Positions 33,024-42,936 of a stretch of DNA of 64,000 nucleotides are shown in pieces (position 1 is the first letter of the stretch; each line of letters begins with the position of its first letter). A program made the translations under genes and the position numbers. The notes below the pieces were generated by a model that saw only the letters and a program-made list of their open reading frames with translations, ran no database searches and was not told where the DNA came from. Source of the DNA: Pseudomonas aeruginosa PAO1 (GTDB taxonomy: Bacteria > Pseudomonadota > Gammaproteobacteria > Pseudomonadales > Pseudomonadaceae); assembly GCF_000006765.1 (NCBI RefSeq), contig NC_002516.2; one strand, written 5' to 3'.

Positions 33024-36000
33024 CTAGCCCTCGACCTGGCTCCACTGCTTGGCCAGGCGCTTGTCCGAGACCGGCAGCCGGGTTCCCAGTTGCTGGGCGA
33101 ACAGCGAGACCCGGTACTCCTCCAGCATCCAGCGATACACCTGCAACTCGGCGTCGCGCTTGCCTTCCTGGGCGTGCTTGGCGAGGCGCGCCTGGTATTG
33201 CGCCCAGAGTTCGCCCAGCTCGCCGCTCCACACCCGGTCGCGCTGGACCTGGCCGGCGACCTTGTCCAGGCGCTGCTCGATGGCCTTGAGGTAACGCGGA
33301 TACTCCTTCAACCACTCCAGCGGGGTGGCGCGGACGAACCCCGGATACACCAGGTTGGCCAGTTGGCCCTTGACGTCGTTCAGCGGCACGGTCATGGCCA
33401 GCTCGACCTTGCCCTTGAAGCGCTTCTGCAGGCCGTGCCAGAGCTTGAGGATATCCAGCACCAGGCGTGCCAGGCGCTCGGCGTGCTCGTTCCAGGCAGC
33501 GCGCTTGCGCTCGGCCAGCGCGGCCAGGGCGGCGCCGTCGCGCGGCAGGCTTTCGCCCTGCAGCACGCAACTGTCGAGACTGGCCAGGAGGATGTCCTCG
33601 ACCAGCGCCTCGACCCGTCCCAGCTCGCGGTACAGCAGGCCCATCTCGGTCTGCCCCGGCAGCTTGGCGCGCAGGTACTTGGCCGGCTCGGCCAGTTGCT
33701 GCAACAGCAGTCGTTGCAGGGCGCGGCGGTGTTGGTAGTCGGCCTCGGCCTGGGTCGGGAAGCGCCCTTCCTTGACCTCGCCCTGCTCCTCCACCAGCGC
33801 CGGGTATACCGTCATCGACAATCCGGCGACCTTCTGCTGGGCCTTCTCGGCGACGCTGGCGAAGGCCTTGGCCTCCACCGGACGCTGCTGTTCCTTGTCG
33901 GCCTGGGGAATCGCCAGGGCCGCCTGGCTGGCTTCGGCGAAACGCGCGGTGAGTTCGGCTAGGTCGCGGCCCTCGCCGAGGAACTTGCCCTGGGCGTCGA
34001 CCACCTCAATGTTCATCCGCAGGTGATCGTCCAACTGCGTCGCCGCCTCGGCCCAGGCCTCGTCGGCTACCCGCACGCCGGTCATGCGCTGAAGCTCGCG
34101 GCCCAGCACCTGCGGCAGCGAACCTTCGCCGAAGGTGATGCGCTCCAGGGCGGCGCGGACGAAGTCCGGTACCGGCACGAAGCTCTTGCGGATCGCCTTC
34201 GGCAGGTTGCGCACCAACGCCACCGCCTTGTCGTAGAGCAGGCCGGGCACCAGCCAGTCGATGCGTTCGGCCGGCAATTGCGGCAGCAGCGGCGCCGGTA
34301 CCCGCACGGTGACGCCGTCGCGCGCGGTGCCGGGCTCGAACTGGTAGCTCAGCGACAGGTGCAGGTCGCCCAGGCGCAGGCGATCCGGGTACTGCGCCGC
34401 AGTGACTTCGCTGGCTTCGCGGGCCAGCACGTCTTCCTCGCGCATCAGCAGCAGGTCCGGCTGATTCTGCCGCTCGCGGGCGTACCATTTCTCGAAACTG
34501 GCGGTCTGGTAGATGTCCGCCGGCAGGCGCGCGTCGTAATAGGCGAACAGGGTTTCCTCGTCGGCCAGGATGTCGCGCCGGCGCGCCTTGGCTTCCAGCT
34601 CGTCGAGCTTTTCCAGCAACTGCCGGTTGGCGCTCAGGCACTTGGCGCGGCTGTTGATCTCACCGCGCACCAGGCCTTCGCGGATGAACAGCTCGCGCGC
34701 CACCGGCGGGTCGATCGGACCGTAGTGCACCGGACGTCGACCGATGACGATGAGGCCGTAGAGGGTGACCTGCTCGAACGCCACCACCTGGCCGCGACGC
34801 TTCTCCCAGTGCGGCTCGAAGTGGTTGGTCTTGATCAGGTGCCCAGCCAGCGGCTCCAGCCAGTCCGGCTCGATCTTCGCGACCATTCGGGCGAACAGCT
34901 TGGTGGTCTCCACCAGTTCCGCGGCCATGATCCATTGCGGGCGCTTGCGAGCGATGCCGCTGGACGGATGGATCCAGAAACGTCGCTGGCGAGCGCCGAG
35001 GTAGTCGCCTTCCTCGGCCTTCTGCCCGATCTGGCTGAGCAGGCCGGACAGGATCGCTTTGTGGACCGCCGCGTAATCGATCCCCGGTACCTCGCGTTCG
35101 TTGTCGGCCGACGCGCCTTTCTTCGCCTCCGGCTTGCGCGCCTCGGCCTTGGCCGGACGCCCGAACGGCAGCTTCAGTTCGCGGCAGATCAGGGTCAGTT
35201 GGCGGTGGGCGTCGCGCCACTCACGCAGGCGCAGGTAGTTGAGGAAGTTCTTCCGGCACCAGCTGCGCAGGGCATTGGAACCCAGCGCCTGGCGCTGCTC
35301 CTCGAAGCCACGCCAGAGATTGATCAGCGCGGCGAAGTCGGAATCCGGGTCCTTCCATTGCGCGTGCGCCTGGTCGGCGGCCTGCTGCCGCTCCACCGGA
35401 CGCTCGCGCGGGTCCTGCACGGACAGCGCGCTGGCCACCGTCAACACTTCCTCGAGGCTACCCTGCTGGGCCGCCTCCAGCAGCATGCGGCCCAGCCTCG
35501 GGTCGATCGGCAGGCGCGCCAGTTGGCGCCCCAGCGGGGTCAGCTGGCCTTCGCGGTTGACCGCCGACAGTTCCTGCAGAAGGGTGAAGCCGTCCTTGAT
35601 CGCCTTGCCGTCCGGCGGCTCGATGAAGGGGAACGCCTCGATGTCGCCGAGGCGCAGGTGCAGCATCTGCAGGATCACCGCGGCCAGGTTGGTGCGGAGG
35701 ATTTCCGGGTCGGTGAAGGCCGGACGCGCGTTGAAGTCCTCCTCGCTGTAGAGACGCACGCATATGCCCGGCTCGACCCGTCCGCAACGGCCCTTGCGCT
35801 GGTTGGCGCTGGCCTGCGACACCGCCTCGATGGGCAGCCGCTGGACCTTGGCGCGGTAGCTGTAGCGGCTGATCCGCGCGGTGCCGCTGTCGATCACGTA
35901 ACGGATGCCCGGCACCGTCAGCGAGGTTTCCGCGACGTTGGTGGACAGCACGATCTTGCGTCCCGGGCGCGGCTGGAAGATCTTCTGCTGCTCGGCCGGG

Positions 36001-37004
36001 GTCAGTCGCGCGTACAGCGGCAGCACCTCGGTGTGGCGCAGGTTGGCCTTGCGCAGCATCTCCGCGGCGTCGCGGATCTCCCGCTCGCCGGGGAGGAACA
36101 CCAGCACGTCGCCGGGCCGCTTGCCGACCTCGCGTTCGTGGGCGGCGATCTCGTCGAGGGCGGCGAGGATGCCCTGGTCCACCGACAGGTCGTCCTCGAC
36201 CCGGTTGCCCTCCTCGTCGGTTTCCGCCGCCAGCGGCCGGTACCAGGTCTCCACCGGATAGGTGCGGCCGGAAACCTCGATCACCGGGGCGCCGTCGAAA
36301 TGCCGGGAGAAACGCTCCAGGTCGATGGTCGCCGAGGTGATGATCAGCTTCAGGTCCGGACGCCGGTGCAACAGGGTCTTCAGGTAGCCGAGGAGGAAGT
36401 CGATGTTCAGGCTGCGCTCGTGGGCTTCGTCGACGATCAGCGTGTCGTAGCGCTCCAGGTAGCGGTCATGCTGGGTCTCGGCCAGGAGGATGCCGTCGGT
36501 CATCAGCTTGACCAGGGTGCTGTCGTCGCTCTGGTCCTCGAAGCGCACCTGGTAGCCGACCAGCGCGCCCAGCGGCGTGCCGATCTCTTCCGCGACCCGC
36601 GTCGCCACGCTGCGCGCCGCCAGCCGACGCGGCTGGGTATGGCCGATCAGGCCGTGGATGCCGCGACCCAGCTCCAGACAGATCTTCGGCAACTGGGTGG
36701 TCTTGCCCGAGCCGGTCTCGCCGGCGATCACCACCACCTGGTGGGCGGCGATAGCGGCCTTGATCTCGTCGCGCTTGGCGGCGATCGGCAGGCTGTCGTC
36801 GTAGCGGATCGCCGGCACGCTGGCGCGCCGCGCCTCGACCTTGGCGCAGGAGGTCTGGAAGCGCTCGACCCACTGCGCCAGGCGCGCGTCGTCGGGCTGC
36901 TTGCGCAGTTCGTGGAGCTGCCGGCGCAAGCGGTGGCGGTCGCTGATCTGGGCCTGGTCGAGGCGCCGGACGAGTTGGTCAAGGGAAGGAGTCTGGTCGG
37001 TCAT
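33024..37004 (-). CDS. hrpA: ATP-dependent RNA helicase HrpA
   Basis: GETGSGKTTQLPK, DEAHERS, SAT, QRKGRCGR, C-terminal EEYRVSLFAQ (DUF3418). Confidence 0.95.
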   Translation of the reverse strand: MTDQTPSLDQLVRRLDQAQISDRHRLRRQLHELRKQPDDARLAQWVERFQTSCAKVEARRASVPAIRYDDSLPIAAKRDEIKAAIAAHQVVVIAGETGSGKTTQLPKICLELGRGIHGLIGHTQPRRLAARSVATRVAEEIGTPLGALVGYQVRFEDQSDDSTLVKLMTDGILLAETQHDRYLERYDTLIVDEAHERSLNIDFLLGYLKTLLHRRPDLKLIITSATIDLERFSRHFDGAPVIEVSGRTYPVETWYRPLAAETDEEGNRVEDDLSVDQGILAALDEIAAHEREVGKRPGDVLVFLPGEREIRDAAEMLRKANLRHTEVLPLYARLTPAEQQKIFQPRPGRKIVLSTNVAETSLTVPGIRYVIDSGTARISRYSYRAKVQRLPIEAVSQASANQRKGRCGRVEPGICVRLYSEEDFNARPAFTDPEILRTNLAAVILQMLHLRLGDIEAFPFIEPPDGKAIKDGFTLLQELSAVNREGQLTPLGRQLARLPIDPRLGRMLLEAAQQGSLEEVLTVASALSVQDPRERPVERQQAADQAHAQWKDPDSDFAALINLWRGFEEQRQALGSNALRSWCRKNFLNYLRLREWRDAHRQLTLICRELKLPFGRPAKAEARKPEAKKGASADNEREVPGIDYAAVHKAILSGLLSQIGQKAEEGDYLGARQRRFWIHPSSGIARKRPQWIMAAELVETTKLFARMVAKIEPDWLEPLAGHLIKTNHFEPHWEKRRGQVVAFEQVTLYGLIVIGRRPVHYGPIDPPVARELFIREGLVRGEINSRAKCLSANRQLLEKLDELEAKARRRDILADEETLFAYYDARLPADIYQTASFEKWYARERQNQPDLLLMREEDVLAREASEVTAAQYPDRLRLGDLHLSLSYQFEPGTARDGVTVRVPAPLLPQLPAERIDWLVPGLLYDKAVALVRNLPKAIRKSFVPVPDFVRAALERITFGEGSLPQVLGRELQRMTGVRVADEAWAEAATQLDDHLRMNIEVVDAQGKFLGEGRDLAELTARFAEASQAALAIPQADKEQQRPVEAKAFASVAEKAQQKVAGLSMTVYPALVEEQGEVKEGRFPTQAEADYQHRRALQRLLLQQLAEPAKYLRAKLPGQTEMGLLYRELGRVEALVEDILLASLDSCVLQGESLPRDGAALAALAERKRAAWNEHAERLARLVLDILKLWHGLQKRFKGKVELAMTVPLNDVKGQLANLVYPGFVRATPLEWLKEYPRYLKAIEQRLDKVAGQVQRDRVWSGELGELWAQYQARLAKHAQEGKRDAELQVYRWMLEEYRVSLFAQQLGTRLPVSDKRLAKQWSQVEG

Positions 37005-37178
37005 CTAGGCTTTTCGAATGCTGTGAGCGTGCCGCAGTCGCGGAGGACGGGAGAAGCTCCGGCCACTGCCGAGGCGAAAAATATTCGGAATTGTCGCAGA
37101 TTTGAGCGGAAGAGGACGAATCCCGGTTAACGCTCGCTGCCGCGATACGGCCGACGCTGCTGGTGGGCGATGGCCCTC

Positions 37179-37388
37179 TCAGCGCCCCAGTCGCTTGAGC
37201 ATCTCGGCCAGCGGCAGCGCATCGGCGGTGCCCGCTCGGCAGTCGGCGAGGCGATCCTCGGCCACTGGCGGCCATTGGCGCTTCACCTCGGGGCCGGCGC
37301 GATGCAGCAATGCCTGGGTCAGTTCCAGACGCCGGCTGATCGGCAGACGGCGTATTTCTTCGGCCAGGGCAGGATCGAGGCGGGCCAT
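37179..37388 (-). CDS. 69-aa protein resembling TIGR02574/PF09720 addiction-module (unstable antitoxin) components (PA3298-like)
   Basis: GAGG RBS; EEIRRLPISRRLELTQAL...W..VAEDRLADCRAG...LPLAEMLKRL. The family resemblance was judged by eye. Confidence 0.6.
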   Translation of the reverse strand: MARLDPALAEEIRRLPISRRLELTQALLHRAGPEVKRQWPPVAEDRLADCRAGTADALPLAEMLKRLGR

Positions 37389-37463
37389 GGGGGGTTCCTC
37401 CGGCAGGTGATGCGCTGCCGGCACGTCCGCACAGGCCCGCTCACCCCGCAACCGACTGCCTGC

Positions 37464-37496
37464 AACGAAGAAGCCCCGCATCGGCGGGGCTTCTTC
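37464..37496 (-). terminator. Terminator after fadD1
   Basis: 13-bp stem GAAGAAGCCCCGC/GCGGGGCTTCTTC. Confidence 0.7.
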
Positions 37497-37510
37497 AGGC
37501 AACGGCGGAC

Positions 37511-39199
37511 TTACTTCTGGCCCGCTTTCTTCAGCTCTTCGTCGCGCAGTTCGCGGCGCAGGATCTTGCCGACGTTGGTGGTCGGCAGGCTGTCGCGGAA
37601 CTCCACGGCCTTCGGCCGCTTGTAGCCGGTCAGGTTGTCATGCATGTGCTGCATGACCTGTTCCTTGGTCAGGGTCGCCCCCGGCTTGACCACCACGAAG
37701 ACCTTGATCGACTCGCCGGACTTCTCGTCGGGGATGCCGATCGCGGCGCACTGCAGGACGCCCGGCAGGGTCGCCAGCACGTCTTCCAGTTCGTTCGGAT
37801 ACACATTGAAGCCGGAGACCAGGATCATGTCCTTCTTCCGGTCGACGATGCGCATGTAGCCGTCTTCCTGGATGATGGCGATATCGCCGGTCTTCAGCCA
37901 ACCATCGGCGTCGAGGATCTCGTCGGTGGCCTCCTGGCGCTGCCAGTAGCCCTTCATCACCTGCGGACCCTTCACGCAGAGTTCGCCGCGCTCGCCCAGG
38001 GGCACTTCCTGGCCGTCGTCGCCAATCACCTTGCACAGGGTCGAGGGCACCGGGATACCGATGGTGCCGACCTGGATGTTCTGGAACGGGTTGACCGATA
38101 CCACCGGCGCGGTCTCGGTCATGCCGTAGCCTTCGCAGATGGCGCAGCCGGTGACTTCCTTCCAGCGCTCCGCGGTGGCCAGTTGCAGCGCCATGCCGCC
38201 GGAGAGGGTCAGCTTCAGCGCGGAGAAGTCCAGCTTGCGGAAGGTTTCGTTGTTGCACAGGGCGACGAACAGGGTGTTCAGGCCGACGAAGCCGGTGAAC
38301 TTCCACTGGCCGAGGTCCTTGAGCATCGACGGCAGGTCGCGCGGGTTGGTGATCAGGATGTTGTGGTTGCCGGTGAGCATCATCGCCATGCAATGGAAGG
38401 TGAAGGCATAGATGTGGTACAGCGGCAGCGGCGCGATGAGGATCTCGCAGCCCTCGTTGAGGTTGGCGCCCATCAGCGCCTTGCACTGCAACATGTTGGC
38501 CACCAGGTTGCGGTGGGTCAGCATGGCGCCCTTGGCGACCCCGGTGGTGCCGCCGGTGTATTGCAGCACGGCGACGTCGTCGGCCTGCGGCGCGGCTTCC
38601 TGGAACGACTTGCCGGCGCCCCTGGCCAGCGCGTCGGTCAGCTTGGTGGCTTGCGGCAGGCTGTAGGCCGGCACCATCTTCTTGATGTGCTTGACCACGA
38701 AGTTGACGATGAAGCGCTTCAGCGGCGGCAGGATGTCGCCGACTTCGGTGACGATCACCTGCTTGACGCCGGTCTTCGGCAGTACGCCCTCGACCAGGTG
38801 GGCCATGTTGGCCAGGCAGACCACCGCCTTGGCGCCGGAGTCGTTGAACTGGTGTTCCAGTTCGCGCGCGGTGTACAGCGGGTTGGTGTTGACCACGATG
38901 AGGCCGGCGCGCATGGCGCCGAAGACCACGATCGGGTATTGCAGGACGTTGGGCAACTGGACGGCGATGCGGTCGCCGGGCTTGAGATCGGTGTGCTGCT
39001 GCAGGTAGGCGGCGAAGTCGCCGGACAGCTTGTACAGCTCGCCGTAGGTCAGGGTCTTGCCCAGGTTGGTGAACGCGGGCTTGGTGGCAAAACGTTGGCA
39101 GGACTCCTTCAGTACCGACAGGATGTTCGGGTACTGGTCGGGATTGATCTCGGCAGCAATACCCGCTGGGTACTTGTCCTTCCAGAAGTTTTCGATCAT
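37511..39199 (-). CDS. fadD1: Long-chain fatty acyl-CoA ligase FadD1
   Basis: YTGGTTGVAKG, EGYGMTE, GWLKTGD, DRKKD; starts MIENFWKDKY. Confidence 0.95.
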   Translation of the reverse strand: MIENFWKDKYPAGIAAEINPDQYPNILSVLKESCQRFATKPAFTNLGKTLTYGELYKLSGDFAAYLQQHTDLKPGDRIAVQLPNVLQYPIVVFGAMRAGLIVVNTNPLYTARELEHQFNDSGAKAVVCLANMAHLVEGVLPKTGVKQVIVTEVGDILPPLKRFIVNFVVKHIKKMVPAYSLPQATKLTDALARGAGKSFQEAAPQADDVAVLQYTGGTTGVAKGAMLTHRNLVANMLQCKALMGANLNEGCEILIAPLPLYHIYAFTFHCMAMMLTGNHNILITNPRDLPSMLKDLGQWKFTGFVGLNTLFVALCNNETFRKLDFSALKLTLSGGMALQLATAERWKEVTGCAICEGYGMTETAPVVSVNPFQNIQVGTIGIPVPSTLCKVIGDDGQEVPLGERGELCVKGPQVMKGYWQRQEATDEILDADGWLKTGDIAIIQEDGYMRIVDRKKDMILVSGFNVYPNELEDVLATLPGVLQCAAIGIPDEKSGESIKVFVVVKPGATLTKEQVMQHMHDNLTGYKRPKAVEFRDSLPTTNVGKILRRELRDEELKKAGQK

Positions 39200-39353
39200 G
39201 GAAGCCCACTCCTAAGCAACAGCTAATCTTCACCGCTCATGGCGGCATCTTGTTGTGATCTGCTCGCTAACCCTGGACCCAGGGCTATTAGGCGCGCCGA
39301 GATTATCAGCTTTGCCAGAGGCAGACCAGCACCAAACATGACCTATTCGGTCA

Positions 39354-39383
39354 AAAAAATGACCGAGACATTAGTCTCGGTCA
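39354..39383 (-). terminator. Terminator/attenuator between fadD2 and fadD1
   Basis: Minus strand TGACCGAGAC-TAAT-GTCTCGGTCA-TTTTTTT. Confidence 0.8.
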
Positions 39384-39433
39384 CGGTCTTTCCTGTCCCC
39401 GGCAAATGCCCGTTTCAGAGCCTTGTAAGGCTA

Positions 39434-41122
39434 TCAGGCGATTTCGCGCAGCTCACGACGGAGGATTTTACCCACAGGCGTCATCGGTAATGCATCCTTG
39501 AGCACAATCTGTCGCGGAATTTTGTATCCGGTGAGGTTTTCCTTGCAGTAGGCCTTGAGTTCCTCGACCGACAGGCTGGGGTCGCGGGCCACCACGAACA
39601 GCTTCACCGCCTCGCCGGACTTCTCGTCGGGAATGCCCACTGCCGCGCAACTGGCCACCTTCGGATGGGCCATCACCACGTCTTCGATCTCGTTGGGGTA
39701 GACATTGAAGCCGGAGACCAGGATCAGGTCCTTCTTGCGATCGACGATGCGCACGAAGCCGTCCTCGTCGATCACCGCGATGTCGCCGGTCTTCAGCCAG
39801 CCTTCGGCATCGAGAATCTCCTCGGTGGCCTCGGGACGCTGCCAGTACCCCTTCATCACTTGCGGACCTTTCACACAGAGTTCGCCACGTTCGCCGACAG
39901 GCAGCTCGTTGCCCTGCTCGTCGATCACCTTGAGCGCCGTGCCCACGACCGGTATCCCCACCGTACCCAGGCGTGCCTGCTCGCCGTAGGGGTTGGTGGT
40001 CACCACCGGCGAGCATTCGGTGAGGCCATAGCCTTCCACCACGGTGCAGCCGGTGACGCCCTTCCAGCGCTCGGCGGTGGCGCTGACCAGTGCGGTGCCG
40101 CCGGAGTTGGTGAGCTTCAGGTTGGAGAAATCGACGTCCTTGAACCCGGGGTGCTCCATCAGCGCGACGAACAGGGTGTTGAGGCCGAGCAGCGCGGAGA
40201 AACGCCACTTCTTCAGTTCCTTGACGAAACCGGGGATGTCGCGCGGGTTGGTGATCAGCACGTTATGGTTGCCGCTGACCATCATGCACATGCAGTTCGC
40301 GGTGAAGGCATAGATGTGGTAGAGCGGCAGCGGCGCGATCATCACCTCCTGCGCCTCCTTCATCAGCGGCAGGCCATCCTTGCCGAGCTGGGAAAGCTGG
40401 GCGTGGACCTGCAGCATGTTCGCCACCAGGTTGCCGTGGGTGAGCATCGCCCCCTTCGAGACCCCGGTGGTGCCGCCGGTGTACTGCAACACGGCGACAT
40501 CCTCCAGGCCGACCCTGACCGGCTGCAGGGCATGGCCCTGGCCTTGCTTCAAGGCCTGCCTGAACGGCAGCGCCTGGGGCAAGCGATAATCGGGGACCAT
40601 CTTCTTCACCGACTTCACCACGCTGTTCACCAGCCAACCCTTCAGCGCCGGCAACAGGTCGCCCATGCGCGCCTCGATCAGGTACTCGATCCGCGTATCC
40701 GGGAGCACTTCCTCGACCAGCTTGCCGAACACGTTCAGGTAGACCAGCGCACGCACGCCGGCGTCCTTGAACTGGTGGCGCATTTCGCGGGCGGTGTACA
40801 GCGGATTGGTGTTGACCACCACCAGCCCCGCGCGCAAGGCGCCGAACACCGCGATGGGATATTGCAGGACATTGGGCATCTGCACCGCGATGCGGTCGCC
40901 GGGCTGGAGATCGGTCTGTTTCTGCAGGTAGGCGGCGAAGGCGGCGGACAGACGATCGAGTTCGGCGTAGCTGAGCGTCACGCCGAGATTGCTGAAGGCC
41001 GGGCGGTCGGCGAATTTCTTGCAGGAGCGCTCGAAGACCTCGACCACGGAACGGTAGGCGGCGAAGTCGAGACTGTCGGGTACGCCGGCCGGGCGTTTGT
41101 CGTTCCAGAATTCAGGTTGCAT
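39434..41122 (-). CDS. fadD2: Fatty acyl-CoA ligase FadD2
   Basis: YTGGTTGVSKG, EGYGLTE, GWLKTGD; tandem paralogue of fadD1. Confidence 0.95.
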   Translation of the reverse strand: MQPEFWNDKRPAGVPDSLDFAAYRSVVEVFERSCKKFADRPAFSNLGVTLSYAELDRLSAAFAAYLQKQTDLQPGDRIAVQMPNVLQYPIAVFGALRAGLVVVNTNPLYTAREMRHQFKDAGVRALVYLNVFGKLVEEVLPDTRIEYLIEARMGDLLPALKGWLVNSVVKSVKKMVPDYRLPQALPFRQALKQGQGHALQPVRVGLEDVAVLQYTGGTTGVSKGAMLTHGNLVANMLQVHAQLSQLGKDGLPLMKEAQEVMIAPLPLYHIYAFTANCMCMMVSGNHNVLITNPRDIPGFVKELKKWRFSALLGLNTLFVALMEHPGFKDVDFSNLKLTNSGGTALVSATAERWKGVTGCTVVEGYGLTECSPVVTTNPYGEQARLGTVGIPVVGTALKVIDEQGNELPVGERGELCVKGPQVMKGYWQRPEATEEILDAEGWLKTGDIAVIDEDGFVRIVDRKKDLILVSGFNVYPNEIEDVVMAHPKVASCAAVGIPDEKSGEAVKLFVVARDPSLSVEELKAYCKENLTGYKIPRQIVLKDALPMTPVGKILRRELREIA

Positions 41123-41368
41123 TTATTCTTGTCCTCTTACCTGAGCGGGTCTGGCCCGCATGTGCGGGGCATCGGGCAACTTAGCAGTTGCGTCGGACAG
41201 CGCAAATACTCCTCCTGCCCTTATTGATAGTGTGAATCTCCAGCCTGTCGCTCTTCGCCGCCCGCCATTCCAGAGCGGCCCGTGCCCAAGGGTGGCGCTT
41301 TTCCGGGACGAAGCCGCGTACGCTGCTAGAATGCGCCGGAACGCGTCCGCCCGGCACAAGGAACGAAC

Positions 41369-42319
41369 ATGCCCGCCGCTGCCTACTGGCTCCCCGCCAG
41401 CGACGAAACCCCGCTGTACACCCGCCACTGGCCGAGCGCAACGGCCGTCGGCGCGGTGATGCTGTCCCACGGCATGGCCGAGCACGCCGGTCGCTACGAG
41501 CGTCTCGCCGCCGCGCTGAACGCTGCCGGCTACCACTTCTATGCGATCGACCAGCGCGGCCACGGCCGGACCGCCGAAGCCGACGAGCTGGGCCACTTCG
41601 CCGACCAGGGCGGCTGGGGCAAGGTGGTCGGCGACCTGGCCAGCCTGAACCACCATATCCGCCAGCAGCACCCGGAACTGCCGATCTTCCTGCTGGGCCA
41701 CAGCATGGGCAGCTACATCTCCATGGCCTACCTGCTGCACCACAGCTGCAGCCTGCAAGGGGCGATCCTTTCCGGTTCCAACTACCAGCCGCAAGCGCTC
41801 TACCGGATCGCCCGCCTGATCGCCCGCTTCGAGCGCTGGCGCCAGGGGCCGCTGGGCAAGAGCGCGCTGATCGACTTCCTCTCGTTCGGCTCGTTCAACA
41901 AGGCGTTCAAGCCCAATCGCACGGCCTTCGACTGGCTCAGTCGCGATCCGCAGGAAGTCGACAGGTACGTGGCCGACCCGCTGTGCGGCTTCCGCTGCAG
42001 CAACCAGTTGTGGGTGGACCTGCTCGGCGGCCTGGCCGATATCACCCCGCCCACCCACCTGCGGCAGATCGATGCCGACCTGCCGCTGCTGATCATCGGC
42101 GGCGAACGCGACCCGGTCAGCCAGGGCAAGCGCCTGGGCGACCTGGCCGACGCCCTGCGCGGTGCCGGGCTGCGCCAGGTGACCCTGAAGACCTATCCCG
42201 AGGCCCGTCACGAGCTGTTCAACGAGAGCAACCGCGACGCGGTCACCCAAGACCTGATCGACTGGCTGGAACAGGCCCTGCGCCACCGCCGGGATCATTC
42301 GACAAAGGAGAGAACATGA
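41369..42319 (+). CDS. Alpha/beta hydrolase, lysophospholipase-like (PA3301)
   Basis: HGMAEH, DQRGHG, GHSMG nucleophile elbow, ARHE. Confidence 0.9.
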   Translation: MPAAAYWLPASDETPLYTRHWPSATAVGAVMLSHGMAEHAGRYERLAAALNAAGYHFYAIDQRGHGRTAEADELGHFADQGGWGKVVGDLASLNHHIRQQHPELPIFLLGHSMGSYISMAYLLHHSCSLQGAILSGSNYQPQALYRIARLIARFERWRQGPLGKSALIDFLSFGSFNKAFKPNRTAFDWLSRDPQEVDRYVADPLCGFRCSNQLWVDLLGGLADITPPTHLRQIDADLPLLIIGGERDPVSQGKRLGDLADALRGAGLRQVTLKTYPEARHELFNESNRDAVTQDLIDWLEQALRHRRDHSTKERT

Positions 42320-42786
42320 GCCAGGTCCAGAACATTCCCTACGCCGAGCTAGAGGTCGGGCAAAAGGCCGAGTACACCAGCAGCATCGCCGAGCGCGACC
42401 TGCAGTTGTTCGCCGCAGTCTCCGGCGACCGCAACCCGGTGCATCTGGACGCCGCCTACGCGGCCACCACCCAGTTCAAGGAACGCATCGCCCACGGCAT
42501 GCTCAGCGGCGCCCTGATCAGCGCGGCGATCGCCACCGTGCTGCCCGGCCCAGGCACCATCTATCTCGGCCAGACCCTGCGCTTCACCCGTCCGGTCAAG
42601 CTCGGCGACGACCTGAAGGTCGAACTGGAAGTCCTCGAGAAGCTGCCGAAAAATCGCGTGCGCATGGCCACGCGGGTGTTCAACCAGGCAGGCAAGCAGG
42701 TGGTCGACGGCGAAGCGGAGATCATGGCGCCGGAAGAGAAGCTCAGCGTCGAGCTGGCTGAACTGCCGCCGATCAGCATCGGCTGA
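42316..42786 (+). CDS. phaJ1: (R)-specific enoyl-CoA hydratase PhaJ1 (MaoC family)
   Basis: SGDRNPVH (D-x4-H), IAHGML; ATGA overlap with the hydrolase gene. Confidence 0.92.
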   Translation: MSQVQNIPYAELEVGQKAEYTSSIAERDLQLFAAVSGDRNPVHLDAAYAATTQFKERIAHGMLSGALISAAIATVLPGPGTIYLGQTLRFTRPVKLGDDLKVELEVLEKLPKNRVRMATRVFNQAGKQVVDGEAEIMAPEEKLSVELAELPPISIG

Positions 42787-42936
42787 GCGGCTTTCCCTAC
42801 CGTCGGGCCATCCGGCCCGGCGGACTTGCCGGGCCGCCGCGCGCTGCTCTACCCTGTCCGCTGTCTTACCTCAATCACCAGGGATAACCGAAGGCACTCC
42901 ACCGCCCGAAACCCCTTACCGGGAATCGGAGCCGCC

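Noticed and set aside
37005-37178. Search for a RelE/ParE toxin remnant downstream of the putative antitoxin
   Set aside because: No toxin-like ORF or motif was recognisable in any frame.
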